A stretch of 54,660 nt of DNA from Clostridiales bacterium (GTDB lineage: Bacteria > Bacillota > Clostridia > Lachnospirales > WRAX01), in NCBI GenBank assembly GCA_031277225.1, contig JAITMQ010000134.1, positions 1 to 54,660 of the forward strand, given 5' to 3'. Below are positions 9,146-17,550 of the stretch, one piece after another. Below the pieces are notes generated by a model. It searched no databases. It had not been told where the DNA came from and was given only the letters and a program-made list of their open reading frames with translations. Positions within the stretch are counted from its first letter, which is position 1. Every line of letters starts with the position of its first letter. The translations under genes were made by a program, and so were the position numbers.

Positions 9146-9654
9146 TTGGAGAAATTGTTGTAATGGATTTTCCCTATGCAGACCTTACGGGCAGCAAGCG
9201 GCGTCCCGCTTTGATTCTTGCCACGCTTGAAGGAAGGCAGGTTTTGCTGTGCAAAATAACATCTCGTACTAAGCTTGACAAATATAGTATACCGACTTAC
9301 AAAGGTGATTTTTTGGGAGGCAAATTAGCTGCTCAAAGCATAATTCGCCCCAATATGCTCTTCACCGCTAATGAAAGTGTCATAAGGTATACTGTTTGCA
9401 GACTTAAGCGCGTGAGAGTTGACCGCGCCCTTGCAGAAGTGGCTTCCATACTGACGCAAAGCAGGCTTAGAGAAGGCGATAAAATAAGGCTTAGGACAGG
9501 CGAAATTGCCACAATTCTTGAAGATTTTGGTGATGGTAGATATATCGCCGAAGTTTTTCGCATAACGGGAGATATTGAAACCACCGAAATCAAGCACAGG
9601 GACATTTTAAGCATTTTTATAGAAACCGAGCATGTGCTGGAGCATAGTGCTTAG
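9130..9654 (+). CDS. PemK/MazF-family toxin with a roughly 64-aa C-terminal extension (DUF4926-like)
   Basis: The N-terminus GEIVVMDFPYADLTGSKRRPALILA...LLCKITS...IIRPNMLFTANESVI fits the MazF fold signature. Residues about 111-174 (REGDKIRLRTGEIATILEDFGDGRYIAEVFRITGDIETTEIKHRDI) form an extra small beta domain. Confidence 0.7.
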   Translation: MERPLVGEIVVMDFPYADLTGSKRRPALILATLEGRQVLLCKITSRTKLDKYSIPTYKGDFLGGKLAAQSIIRPNMLFTANESVIRYTVCRLKRVRVDRALAEVASILTQSRLREGDKIRLRTGEIATILEDFGDGRYIAEVFRITGDIETTEIKHRDILSIFIETEHVLEHSA

Positions 9655-9677
9655 AGAACTTGGAGAAGGGGATTTTT

Positions 9678-12600
9678 ATGAGAAAACATTCGATTTTTAA
9701 GAGAATATTGGCGGGGGGTTTGGCGGCTTTATTTGTGCTTGCACTTTTGCCGCCCATTTGGGTTTCGGCCAATCCCCAAAACCCTGTAACAAATTTTGGA
9801 ATAAGCTCTGTTACGGGGGGTGGGCGCAATTATACCTTAACCATGTCGTGGTTGCAACCCGCGACAAATCCCGTAACGCCGGCGCATACGGATACACCCG
9901 CCCCCATTTTAACCGCCGACCATTTTAACATATTACGCTTTGATGCGGGCCCCGTCGGCGTTCAGCCGAATCAGCTTGTAACCCAAGTACACAACACGCA
10001 AGCACCCAGCTTCAGGCACCGAATAACCGAAACCAACAAACCTTTCGGCAGCATTTTCGGCTATAGAATCGAAGCGGTGCATTATCATCCCAGACCGAGC
10101 GTTCCGCCCGCGCCGCCTCCGCCGCCCCATAGGGATGCGGCCATGTCCCCAACCGTGTTTTTCTTAACCGATTTAGAGGTCATTGCCCGCGGCGAAGGGC
10201 GCAATCTTACTATTGAATGGAGCAGACCGCTTTTTAACGGCCAGCCTGCCTTCACCGATTATGAAATCGGCGTTCAGCTGACGGCGGGCGGAACGCGTAT
10301 TCCAATCACCGTCAGCACAGACCCCAACAACCCCACAGAAGGCCTAACAATTCCCACAGCCCCCGGCGGACGCTATGTTTTTGAAACCTATGTGTCCCAA
10401 CTTGAGCCGGGCAGATTTTACGATATAAGCGTTGAACCCGTGATTAACGGCGCAACCCGCCACACGCCCTATCCAAATAATTTGGCGGGGGCTTTTGCGC
10501 AATTGCCCGACCGCGGCCCGCTTGTCTATACAATGAATCTTTATGCCGCGCGCAGCGTTTTTGTGCGCCCGCTTTTGCGTTCAGACCCCGTGGGAATGGT
10601 CTATCTCCTTCTGCAATGGGATAGCCCCGCAAGACCCCCTGTTGGACAGGTTGAAATTATCGTTGAGTCGCGCCCCTTGGTTGGGCCGGGCCGGAATTTG
10701 CTTGCAAATTTAGTTGGCGATGCCGCATTTAGCGTCGATTTCTTGCTTATAAGGCGGCCGGAAGTGGCTACGCAATTTAGTCTTAGGGTCTATGTTGGCG
10801 GCGCGCCGCAAGAGCCGATTTTCCACGAATTTCACCCCGATTTGGCGCAATTCACCCCCACGCGCCCAAATATCAATTGGGTGGACACGGCAACAGAACC
10901 AACTTTGGGGCTTGAGGTGAATTGGGATGCCTTTATGCGCAGACCGTTTACGGACAGACCGTTTACGGACGTAGAGGAAACGGCCGCCGCCGCTACGGGC
11001 GGCTGGTTTAGAGACCCCGATGTGGTCTATGATGTATGGATTACGGATTATGCGGGTGCTTTTGGCGGTGAAACCGTGGCGCATCAATTTATGGTGGCCG
11101 AGGGCATGACGCAGAGCCAAATTCGCCAATTTAATTTTAACGACCCCGACGAGCGTTTGGGCAATTTCACCTATAACCACGCCTTTACCGCATTTGTTGA
11201 CAGAAATGGCGTAGAACACGCAATCGAACGTAATCGCGTTTATTATATCCGCATTGTGGCGCGCCGCGATGTGCCGGGCTATCAGCCTTCCGAGGCGGCC
11301 TATGCCGCTTGGTTCATTCCCGGCGATGTGCTTGCACAGCCGCCCGTTATGCCGCGCCCGCCGCTTAGAATCGGGGGAGAGGGGCTTGATTATCTTGTCC
11401 TCGAATTTGAAGACCTTTGGATTGAAGCATTTAGGGCAAATGCCGCAGGCAATGGCGGCGAATGGCATTCTGCCTTTGGTCTTCTCAATAATAACCTGGT
11501 TTTTGACTATGAAGTCGTACAACCCAATAGATGGGATGTCAGACCCGGGGTTTCACCCCTGTTTGACCTGGATAATGAGGCGGCCATAAGGCTTGCAATG
11601 ACCAATGCGGGCGTAACGCCGCCGCCCTTGCGCACTCAAGATTTAAGATATGACGACATGGAATTTCAATTTCATCTCGTGCCCTTAATTGACATTTTGC
11701 CCTATATGGCGAATGAGGCCGCATTTGAAACCTTTACACGGGCTCTCCATAATAATCCTGCGGCATGGACGACAATAGATGCCGAGGCCGACGATTACGG
11801 CGTTTTCACCCATGTAATCGAAAATCTTGAATCGGACACGGCCTATGGCATATTCTTTAGACCCGTAAATGCGGCGGGAATTCCGTGGTGGCCAACCTTT
11901 TTGACGGGAACGACAATAATTGTCGGCCCGCCGCCCGATATTACGCCGCCGGCGCCGTTTTTGAGTCCTTATGAATATGGCGACAGATGGTTGGAATTTG
12001 TTTTGCGGCCATTTGATACTACGGGCATTTTAAGCTATGAATTCTGGATTTCGGAATTTGCCGACCGCTCTACGGCCTGGCAATTTGACCCGAATCCGCT
12101 TTACGAACGCCCATTTTATTACGGCGCGAACAGACCCAGCGCAGACAGGCGAATTTTCAGGGCCGACGGGCTTTTCCCCGAAACGAATTATTATATTTGG
12201 GTCAAGATTTATGTTACGGACAATGACGAAAGATATAATTGGTCTTCGCCCATAAGTATGCGCACTTTGCCGCTTATAATTCCGCCGCCGCCAACGGGGC
12301 TTGGCCTTGCCGGGCAAACCGAGGTCAATATTATCAATCTTGAAAATGAGCGGGAATTGCGGCGTATTGCGCCCGACCATATGATAATTTCATGGTCGCC
12401 TTTGCGCGGCTTTCCAAATATGCCCAATGACGACAATTTGCCGCTTAGCGGAATTGAGGCGGGTGCGGGCAATACCGAAATTTTGGGTTCGGAGCTGATT
12501 GACTATGTGCATATGGTGCTTTTTCCCGAACTTGTGCCGAATCGGGGCTATTGGGTTCGCGCGCGCACAATTTTTAGCGTGCATCGCGACGGAATCGGCG

Positions 12601-13973
12601 GCGAAATTACCGAGCGCATAAGCTATATTGTCGAATTTGCGACAAATATTGATTTTGTTGATGCCACAAGGGTTTATGTCATGCCGGATGCAAGCGAAAT
12701 TGCGCCCGGAATTCACACGCGAATGACAATTTCCGATTGGGCGGGGCCGCTGCGCTTTTTCACCCTGCGTTATGACGGCGAATATGACGGCGACGTTATT
12801 GCAGAGCTTTTCCCTCTGCCGGAGCGTGATTTTGAAATCATTTGGAATGAAGTTACAAGGACGCTTTTGTGGCGTTTCCGCTCTACGGGCGTAGACCAAT
12901 GGGGGCATAGGGATAATCTTGTTGACCAGCGGTTTATCTCGCGACTTGTGCAATTGCGGGTTTTTGAGCATACGATTGACATGACAAATCACAATAATAT
13001 TCCCGTGGAAAACCGCGTTATAGAGCTGCCTTTTTCGATTATTCAAGCATTTAACGAAAGGGGCATAACCCTTAGGATTATAGCGGGCGACACAACCTAT
13101 GTCTTTAGCCCCGGCTTTGCAAATACGCCGCAAAACGCCAATTTTGGGCGGGATTCGCGGGTAAGGCTGTATATCAGCAATTTGGCGCAACCGGAGGTTT
13201 TGGTTAGCCCGCGCGCCTATATTGTAACGCCGCAGTCCGTGGGCATAAATGTGGTGAATCCGCGCAATATGGTTACTTTGACGGCCTTGGGTGCGCCGCT
13301 TTATGCGATCCACAGCATAAATCGCGCCGTGGCCATGGATTATAATATCGGCGCATATATGCGCACGCCGGATGATATTGGCTGGCGGCGTTTTGGCGCG
13401 CCTTTTAACGACAGCGCGGGCACAATAACCACATCAACCACGCGCCTTGGGCATTTTGCGGCCATAAGAGCGGGTCTGCCCACGCAATTTTACCAAAATC
13501 CCGCCGCGCGCGACGCGCTGTATTTCGTCAATACGCAAATTGCCTTTAGCGATATGGAATGGTTTATGCCCGATTTTCCTATAAATGCCTGGCAAATTAA
13601 CCGCATAATTTCGGCGATTGCAAGAAATGACGCATATGTGCGCATGAATGACGACCTTAGCGCGCAGGAAAGGTCGTCGCTGATAAATTCCCGAATGTTG
13701 GTGCCGGGCGCGGACAATGTCTATCGTGAAGACGCGCTGGCGGGCTTGGTGCGCCTTTATGAAGTGCGCACGGGCAGGCGCGTTTCGGGCCAGCCCACTC
13801 TGGAAACCACGGCCTTTCCCGATATTGCAGAAGCCACCCCCGAATTGCAGCAGGCCCTGCTGCGCGCGGAATTCCTGGGCTTTTTGGACTTTGAAACAGG
13901 GCAAGCAAACCCCCGCGAGCCTATGAGCATGGGCGATGCCATGCAAATCTTCGAGATTATTTTGAGGAATTAG
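9678..13973 (+). CDS. giant secreted cell-surface protein (1431 aa from ATG 9678) with FN3-like modules and a degenerate SLH-like C-terminus
   Basis: RBS GGAGAAGGGG lies 6 nt before ATG 9678. Signal peptide MRKHSIFKRILAGGLAALFVLALLPPIWVSA. FN3-like segments include NLTIEWSRPLFNGQPAFTDYEIGV...LEPGRFYDISVEPV. The C-terminus ...LYEVRTGRRV...FPDIAEATPELQQALLRAEFLGFLD...MSMGDAMQIFEIILR is paralogous to the end of the 2165-aa protein. Confidence 0.85.
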   Translation: MRKHSIFKRILAGGLAALFVLALLPPIWVSANPQNPVTNFGISSVTGGGRNYTLTMSWLQPATNPVTPAHTDTPAPILTADHFNILRFDAGPVGVQPNQLVTQVHNTQAPSFRHRITETNKPFGSIFGYRIEAVHYHPRPSVPPAPPPPPHRDAAMSPTVFFLTDLEVIARGEGRNLTIEWSRPLFNGQPAFTDYEIGVQLTAGGTRIPITVSTDPNNPTEGLTIPTAPGGRYVFETYVSQLEPGRFYDISVEPVINGATRHTPYPNNLAGAFAQLPDRGPLVYTMNLYAARSVFVRPLLRSDPVGMVYLLLQWDSPARPPVGQVEIIVESRPLVGPGRNLLANLVGDAAFSVDFLLIRRPEVATQFSLRVYVGGAPQEPIFHEFHPDLAQFTPTRPNINWVDTATEPTLGLEVNWDAFMRRPFTDRPFTDVEETAAAATGGWFRDPDVVYDVWITDYAGAFGGETVAHQFMVAEGMTQSQIRQFNFNDPDERLGNFTYNHAFTAFVDRNGVEHAIERNRVYYIRIVARRDVPGYQPSEAAYAAWFIPGDVLAQPPVMPRPPLRIGGEGLDYLVLEFEDLWIEAFRANAAGNGGEWHSAFGLLNNNLVFDYEVVQPNRWDVRPGVSPLFDLDNEAAIRLAMTNAGVTPPPLRTQDLRYDDMEFQFHLVPLIDILPYMANEAAFETFTRALHNNPAAWTTIDAEADDYGVFTHVIENLESDTAYGIFFRPVNAAGIPWWPTFLTGTTIIVGPPPDITPPAPFLSPYEYGDRWLEFVLRPFDTTGILSYEFWISEFADRSTAWQFDPNPLYERPFYYGANRPSADRRIFRADGLFPETNYYIWVKIYVTDNDERYNWSSPISMRTLPLIIPPPPTGLGLAGQTEVNIINLENERELRRIAPDHMIISWSPLRGFPNMPNDDNLPLSGIEAGAGNTEILGSELIDYVHMVLFPELVPNRGYWVRARTIFSVHRDGIGGEITERISYIVEFATNIDFVDATRVYVMPDASEIAPGIHTRMTISDWAGPLRFFTLRYDGEYDGDVIAELFPLPERDFEIIWNEVTRTLLWRFRSTGVDQWGHRDNLVDQRFISRLVQLRVFEHTIDMTNHNNIPVENRVIELPFSIIQAFNERGITLRIIAGDTTYVFSPGFANTPQNANFGRDSRVRLYISNLAQPEVLVSPRAYIVTPQSVGINVVNPRNMVTLTALGAPLYAIHSINRAVAMDYNIGAYMRTPDDIGWRRFGAPFNDSAGTITTSTTRLGHFAAIRAGLPTQFYQNPAARDALYFVNTQIAFSDMEWFMPDFPINAWQINRIISAIARNDAYVRMNDDLSAQERSSLINSRMLVPGADNVYREDALAGLVRLYEVRTGRRVSGQPTLETTAFPDIAEATPELQQALLRAEFLGFLDFETGQANPREPMSMGDAMQIFEIILRN

Positions 13974-13985
13974 GGGGTTTTGGAT

Positions 13986-14297
13986 ATGCCTTTGGTTAAA
14001 ATAAGAGGTAGGTTTTTTAGTTGGGATGAGGATAAGTATGAAAGCAATATAAAGAAACATGGGGTAAATTTTCACGAGGCCGCCTCGGTTTTTGATGACC
14101 TAAATGCCTTTATGTTTTACGATTCCGATCATTCCGAAGACGAGGATCGCTTTATCGTAATCGGAATAAGTGAAGATGCTCGCTTGCTTATGGTTTGCCA
14201 TTGCTATTGGGAAAAGGTTGAGGTGGCAAGAATAATTTCTGCGAGGAAAGCCACAAAAAATGAAGAAAAAATGTATACGAGGAGGAAATTATTGTGA
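13986..14297 (+). CDS. brnT: BrnT-family (DUF497) ribonuclease toxin
   Basis: FSWDEDKYESNIKKHGVNFHEAASVFDD...DSDHSEDEDRFIVIG...ARIISARKATKNEEKMY is the classic BrnT pattern. ATG 13986 follows AGGGGG. Confidence 0.8.
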   Translation: MPLVKIRGRFFSWDEDKYESNIKKHGVNFHEAASVFDDLNAFMFYDSDHSEDEDRFIVIGISEDARLLMVCHCYWEKVEVARIISARKATKNEEKMYTRRKLL

Positions 14298-14509
14298 AAG
14301 ACGAGTATACAGCGGAGGATTTCGCAAGAGCTGTTAGAAATCCTTATTATGGAAAATTTTTTAAAGATGGGAAGTATACGGTGCAAATTAATTTTGCAGA
14401 CCATATTGAAATTCAGGAAATTGAGCAGGGCACCAGGAGAATTTTGAGTTCTGTAAAAATCCCTAAAGAAGCCCACGCAGAAAGCCATGTGGGACTTGTT
14501 GCAAATTAA
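14294..14509 (+). CDS. brnA: BrnA-like antitoxin
   Basis: GTG start overlaps the brnT stop (GTGA). EDFARAVRNPYYGKFF matches the BrnA N-terminal motif. 71 aa. Confidence 0.6.
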   Translation: MKDEYTAEDFARAVRNPYYGKFFKDGKYTVQINFADHIEIQEIEQGTRRILSSVKIPKEAHAESHVGLVAN

Positions 14510-14512
14510 CAC

Positions 14513-14541
14513 TTGACAAAATTCCCTATTTGGCTTATAAT
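14513..14541 (+). promoter_or_regulatory. consensus sigma-A promoter upstream of speD
   Basis: TTGACA (14513-14518), 17-nt spacer, TATAAT (14536-14541). Confidence 0.7.
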
Positions 14542-14574
14542 CTATTTTCATTATTTAATTTTGAGGTGAGGCGA

Positions 14575-15339
14575 GTGGCGGCTAATAAGCTTAAATTGTA
14601 TGGATTTAACAATTTAACCAAGTCTTTAAGTTTTAATATTTATGACATTTGTTATGCGGGCAGCGCACGCGAACAAAAGGATTATATCGCCTATATTGAC
14701 GAGGAATACAATTCTGACCGCCTTACCAGCATTTTGCTTCATGTAACCGAAATGATTGGCGCGCATGTGCTTTCCGTGTCAAAACAGGATTATGAGCCGC
14801 AGGGCGCGTCGGTAACGATTTTGGTGGCTGAAGAAGAAATTCGCAAAGATGCCGTCGTTGCGCATCTCGACAAAAGCCATGTAACCGTGCATACCTATCC
14901 CGAATTTCACCCCGAAACGTCAATTGCGACTTTTAGGGTGGATATTGACGTGTCAACCTGTGGCAAGATTACGCCGCTGTCGACGCTGGATTATCTTATC
15001 GGAAGTTTTGATTCGGATATTATTACCATGGATTACAGGGTTCGTGGCTTTACGCGGGATGTTGAGGGCAATAAGGTTTTTATGGACGAATCGCTGACGA
15101 GTATACAAAGTTATATAGACAATAAGACATTGGAGCTCTATGATGCCATTGATGTAAATGTTTACCAAAGCAATCTTTTCCATACGAAAATGATGGTTAG
15201 GGATGTTATTTTGCAAGACTATTTGTTTAATTCCGATGTTTATGAGCTTGCGCCGAAAAAGCGCATAGACATCACAAATAATATTCGCAAAGAAATGATT
15301 GAAATTTTTAGCGGGGTTAATGTATTTGGGCAAAATTAG
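14575..15339 (+). CDS. speD: S-adenosylmethionine decarboxylase proenzyme (E. coli-type class 1B)
   Basis: NKLKLYGFNNLTKSLSFNIYDICYA...IAYIDEEYNSDRLT...DYEPQGASVTILVAEE...HLDKSHVTVHTYPE is near-collinear with E. coli SpeD. GTG 14575 follows GAGGTGAGG. Confidence 0.9.
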   Translation: MAANKLKLYGFNNLTKSLSFNIYDICYAGSAREQKDYIAYIDEEYNSDRLTSILLHVTEMIGAHVLSVSKQDYEPQGASVTILVAEEEIRKDAVVAHLDKSHVTVHTYPEFHPETSIATFRVDIDVSTCGKITPLSTLDYLIGSFDSDIITMDYRVRGFTRDVEGNKVFMDESLTSIQSYIDNKTLELYDAIDVNVYQSNLFHTKMMVRDVILQDYLFNSDVYELAPKKRIDITNNIRKEMIEIFSGVNVFGQN

Positions 15340-16777
15340 CAACCAAAATAGAGCGCCTATCATGGAAGCCTTGACGGAATTGGGCCGCAGACGTGTGGTT
15401 CCTTTTGACGTGCCCGGACATAAGCGCGGGCGCGGCAATCCCGATTTGGCGGAATTTTTGGGCGAAAAGGCCATGGCTTTGGATGTAAATTCCATGAAAA
15501 GCCTGGATTTTTTAGGAAATCCCGTTTCGGTTATCAAGGAGGCGGAGGGGCTGGCGGCCGAGGCTTTTGGCGCGCGCGCTGCCTTTTTTATGGTTGGCGG
15601 AACAACTTCGTCGGTGCAGGCCATGGTTATGTCGGCCTGCAAACGCGGCGAAAAAATCCTGCTGCCGCGAAATGTGCATGTTTCCGTCATAACTGCGCTG
15701 ATTTTGTCGGGGGCTGTTCCCTGCTATATAGACCCCGGAATTCACGAGAATTTCGGCATTTCGCTTGGCATGAATTTTGCGGATATTAAGGCCGCCATTG
15801 AGAAAAATCCCGACGCAAAGGCCATTTTGCTGAATAATCCGACATATTACGGAATCTGTTCCGACCTGCGCGCCGCAACCAAGCTGGCGCATGATTACGG
15901 CATGATGGTGCTTGTGGATGAGGCGCATGGCACGCATTTTTCATTTGGCGAAAATCTGCCGCCATCGGGCATGGCGGCGGGGGCGGACATGGCCTCGGTA
16001 AGTATGCATAAATCGGGCGGTTCGCTTACGCAATCTTCGATTTTGCTGCTGGGGCCGCGGCCGGATGCGGCTTCGGTGCGCCAAATTATTAATTTGACGC
16101 AGACCACGTCGGCATCATATCTGCTGCTGTCAAGCCTTGACATTACACGCCGCAACCTGGCTCTAAAGGGCGCGGAAATTTTTGCGCGGGTCTATGAATT
16201 GGCGGCTTATGCCCGCGATGAAATCAATAAAATCGGCGGATTTTACGCCTTTGGCAAGGAGATTATCAATGGCGGCAATATCTTTGATTTTGACGCGACA
16301 AAATTGTCTGTAAACAGCTTGAAAATGGGGCTGGCGGGCATTGAGGTCTATGATATTTTGCGGGATGATTATGACATTCAAATTGAATTTGGCGATATTG
16401 GGAATTTTTTAGCATATATTTCCATTGGCGACACCAAAAAGGACATAGAGCGGCTTTGTTCCGCTCTGGCGGAAATTTTGCGCAAATATCGCAAAGACCC
16501 CAAGGGTATGTTGGACTATGAATATGTGCATCCCGAGGTCGTTTTGCCGCCGCAGACCGCCTTTTACGGCGAAAAGGAGAATTTGCCGCTGGGCGCGGCC
16601 TGCGGGCGAATTGCCGCAGAAATGGCGATTTGCTATCCGCCCGGCATCCCAATTCTGGCCCCCGGCGAAAAAATCACGCCGGCGGCGATTGATTATATTC
16701 GTTATGCGAAGGAGAGGGGCTGTAAATTCACGGGAAGCCGGGATTCGGGGGTTGACAGCATTTTGGTATTAAAATAA
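15320..16777 (+). CDS. speA: PLP-dependent Orn/Lys/Arg decarboxylase (Bacillus SpeA-type arginine decarboxylase family)
   Basis: PFDVPGHKRG, FFMVGGTTSSVQAM and VSMHKSGGSLTQSS (PLP-Lys). The start is ambiguous among 15299, 15320 and 15362. Confidence 0.85.
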   Translation: MYLGKISNQNRAPIMEALTELGRRRVVPFDVPGHKRGRGNPDLAEFLGEKAMALDVNSMKSLDFLGNPVSVIKEAEGLAAEAFGARAAFFMVGGTTSSVQAMVMSACKRGEKILLPRNVHVSVITALILSGAVPCYIDPGIHENFGISLGMNFADIKAAIEKNPDAKAILLNNPTYYGICSDLRAATKLAHDYGMMVLVDEAHGTHFSFGENLPPSGMAAGADMASVSMHKSGGSLTQSSILLLGPRPDAASVRQIINLTQTTSASYLLLSSLDITRRNLALKGAEIFARVYELAAYARDEINKIGGFYAFGKEIINGGNIFDFDATKLSVNSLKMGLAGIEVYDILRDDYDIQIEFGDIGNFLAYISIGDTKKDIERLCSALAEILRKYRKDPKGMLDYEYVHPEVVLPPQTAFYGEKENLPLGAACGRIAAEMAICYPPGIPILAPGEKITPAAIDYIRYAKERGCKFTGSRDSGVDSILVLK

Positions 16778-16780
16778 CCA

Positions 16781-16838
16781 CATTTGGTGGCAAAATGGTT
16801 ACATTTTTACATTTGGTGGCAAAATGGTTACATTTTTG
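16781..16838. repeat. 29-bp perfect tandem direct repeat x2
   Basis: CATTTGGTGGCAAAATGGTTACATTTTT(A/G) at 16781-16809 and 16810-16838. It lies just after the decarboxylase stop and just upstream of promoter P1. Confidence 0.9.
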
Positions 16839-16851
16839 CTTGAAAAAGTGC

Positions 16852-16880
16852 TTGCATAAATTTGTGGGGCGTGGTATAAT
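16852..16880 (+). promoter_or_regulatory. promoter P1 of small-RNA unit 1
   Basis: TTGCAT, 17 nt, TGgTATAAT (extended -10). About 90% identical to P2 at 17154-17182. Confidence 0.65.
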
Positions 16881-16886
16881 AATAAA

Positions 16887-16978
16887 AAAAGAGCAACCGC
16901 AAAGCGGTTGGCCGGAGTTAGAGGGAATTTCAAATTGCAAATACCGCCTACCTTAGCCTGGGGGCGGTTGTTTTTTTG
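16887..16978 (+). ncRNA. candidate small RNA 1 (about 90 nt), putative antisense partner of a small-peptide gene
   Basis: Starts after P1. 5' hairpin CAACCGC-AAA-GCGGTTG, and a 3' GC-rich hairpin (ACCGCC..GGCGGT) followed by a T7 run. No credible ORF. Confidence 0.45.
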
Positions 16979-17037
16979 GTGCGGAAGTATGTTAGCAGAT
17001 TACATATTGCTTGCAAATCGTTGCCGATTGCCAGCAA
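16948..17037 (-). pseudogene. 5'-truncated paralog of the 35-aa hydrophobic peptide gene (status uncertain)
   Basis: The minus-strand frame reads ..VGVLLAIGNDLQAICNLLTYFRTKK.., against MLAVGNDMQAFCNIVNHLVVIFARK in the intact copy. Many differences are synonymous. There is no ATG, only a TTG at 17037. The homologous promoter (TTGCAA-17-TACAAT, 17074-17102) abuts the ORF directly. Confidence 0.4.
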
Positions 17038-17153
17038 TACCCCGACGCGCCATTCGCCGCAGACTTCACAACAATTGTATCACATAAAACTACATTTTGC
17101 AAGCAATTTCGCAAAAGCCGTTTCCGGGCGAGGTGGTTCCTCGAAAAAAGTGC

Positions 17154-17182
17154 TTGCATAAATTTTGGGCATATGCTATAAT
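17154..17182 (+). promoter_or_regulatory. promoter P2 of small-RNA unit 2
   Basis: TTGCAT, 17 nt, TGcTATAAT. Confidence 0.65.
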
Positions 17183-17188
17183 ATAAAA

Positions 17189-17279
17189 AAAGAGCAACCG
17201 CAAAGCGGTTGGCCGGAATAGAATGTTACTAGTTGAAACTAATAACCGCTATCCTTGCCACGGGGGCGGTTATTTTCTT
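17189..17279 (+). ncRNA. candidate small RNA 2 (about 90 nt), 3'-overlapping antisense to the 35-aa peptide mRNA
   Basis: Same 5' box AGAGCAACCGCAAAGCGGTTGGCCGGA as unit 1. The terminator hairpin ATAACCGC..GCGGTTAT (17242-17274) overlaps the stop codon and 3' end of the convergent peptide gene. Confidence 0.45.
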
Positions 17280-17377
17280 GCGAAAATCACGACGAGGTGA
17301 TTGACTATATTGCAAAATGCCTGCATGTCGTTTCCGACCGCGAGCATGACAGCGCAAATCAAATCAAAAATTGTCAT
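17270..17377 (-). CDS. 35-aa hydrophobic peptide, candidate type I toxin
   Basis: RBS TAGGAGGTGAGG lies 4 nt before the ATG. Translation: MTIFDLICAVMLAVGNDMQAFCNIVNHLVVIFARK. The stop is embedded in the shared terminator hairpin. Not in the track (under 60 aa). Confidence 0.5.
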   Translation of the reverse strand: MTIFDLICAVMLAVGNDMQAFCNIVNHLVVIFARK

Positions 17378-17500
17378 GAGCCTCACCTCCTAACGGGGGT
17401 CGGCCAAACCGCCTTGCTTTCGGTTGCTCTTAGGATTCGGGCGGGGAGTTCGTTGTTGCATTTTGCCGGCATTTCTCGGAATTGCCCTTATCCCAAAGAC

Positions 17501-17529
17501 ATCATACCACAAGTTTCAACATTTTGCAA
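17501..17529 (-). promoter_or_regulatory. promoter of the peptide mRNA (about 115-nt leader to the ATG at 17377)
   Basis: On the minus strand: TTGCAA, 17 nt, TGgTATGAT. The leader contains AAGAGCAACCGAAAGCAAGGCGGTTTGGCCGAC, an inverted copy of the sRNA 5' box. Confidence 0.55.
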
Positions 17530-17550
17530 GCAATTTCACAAAAAAATGGC

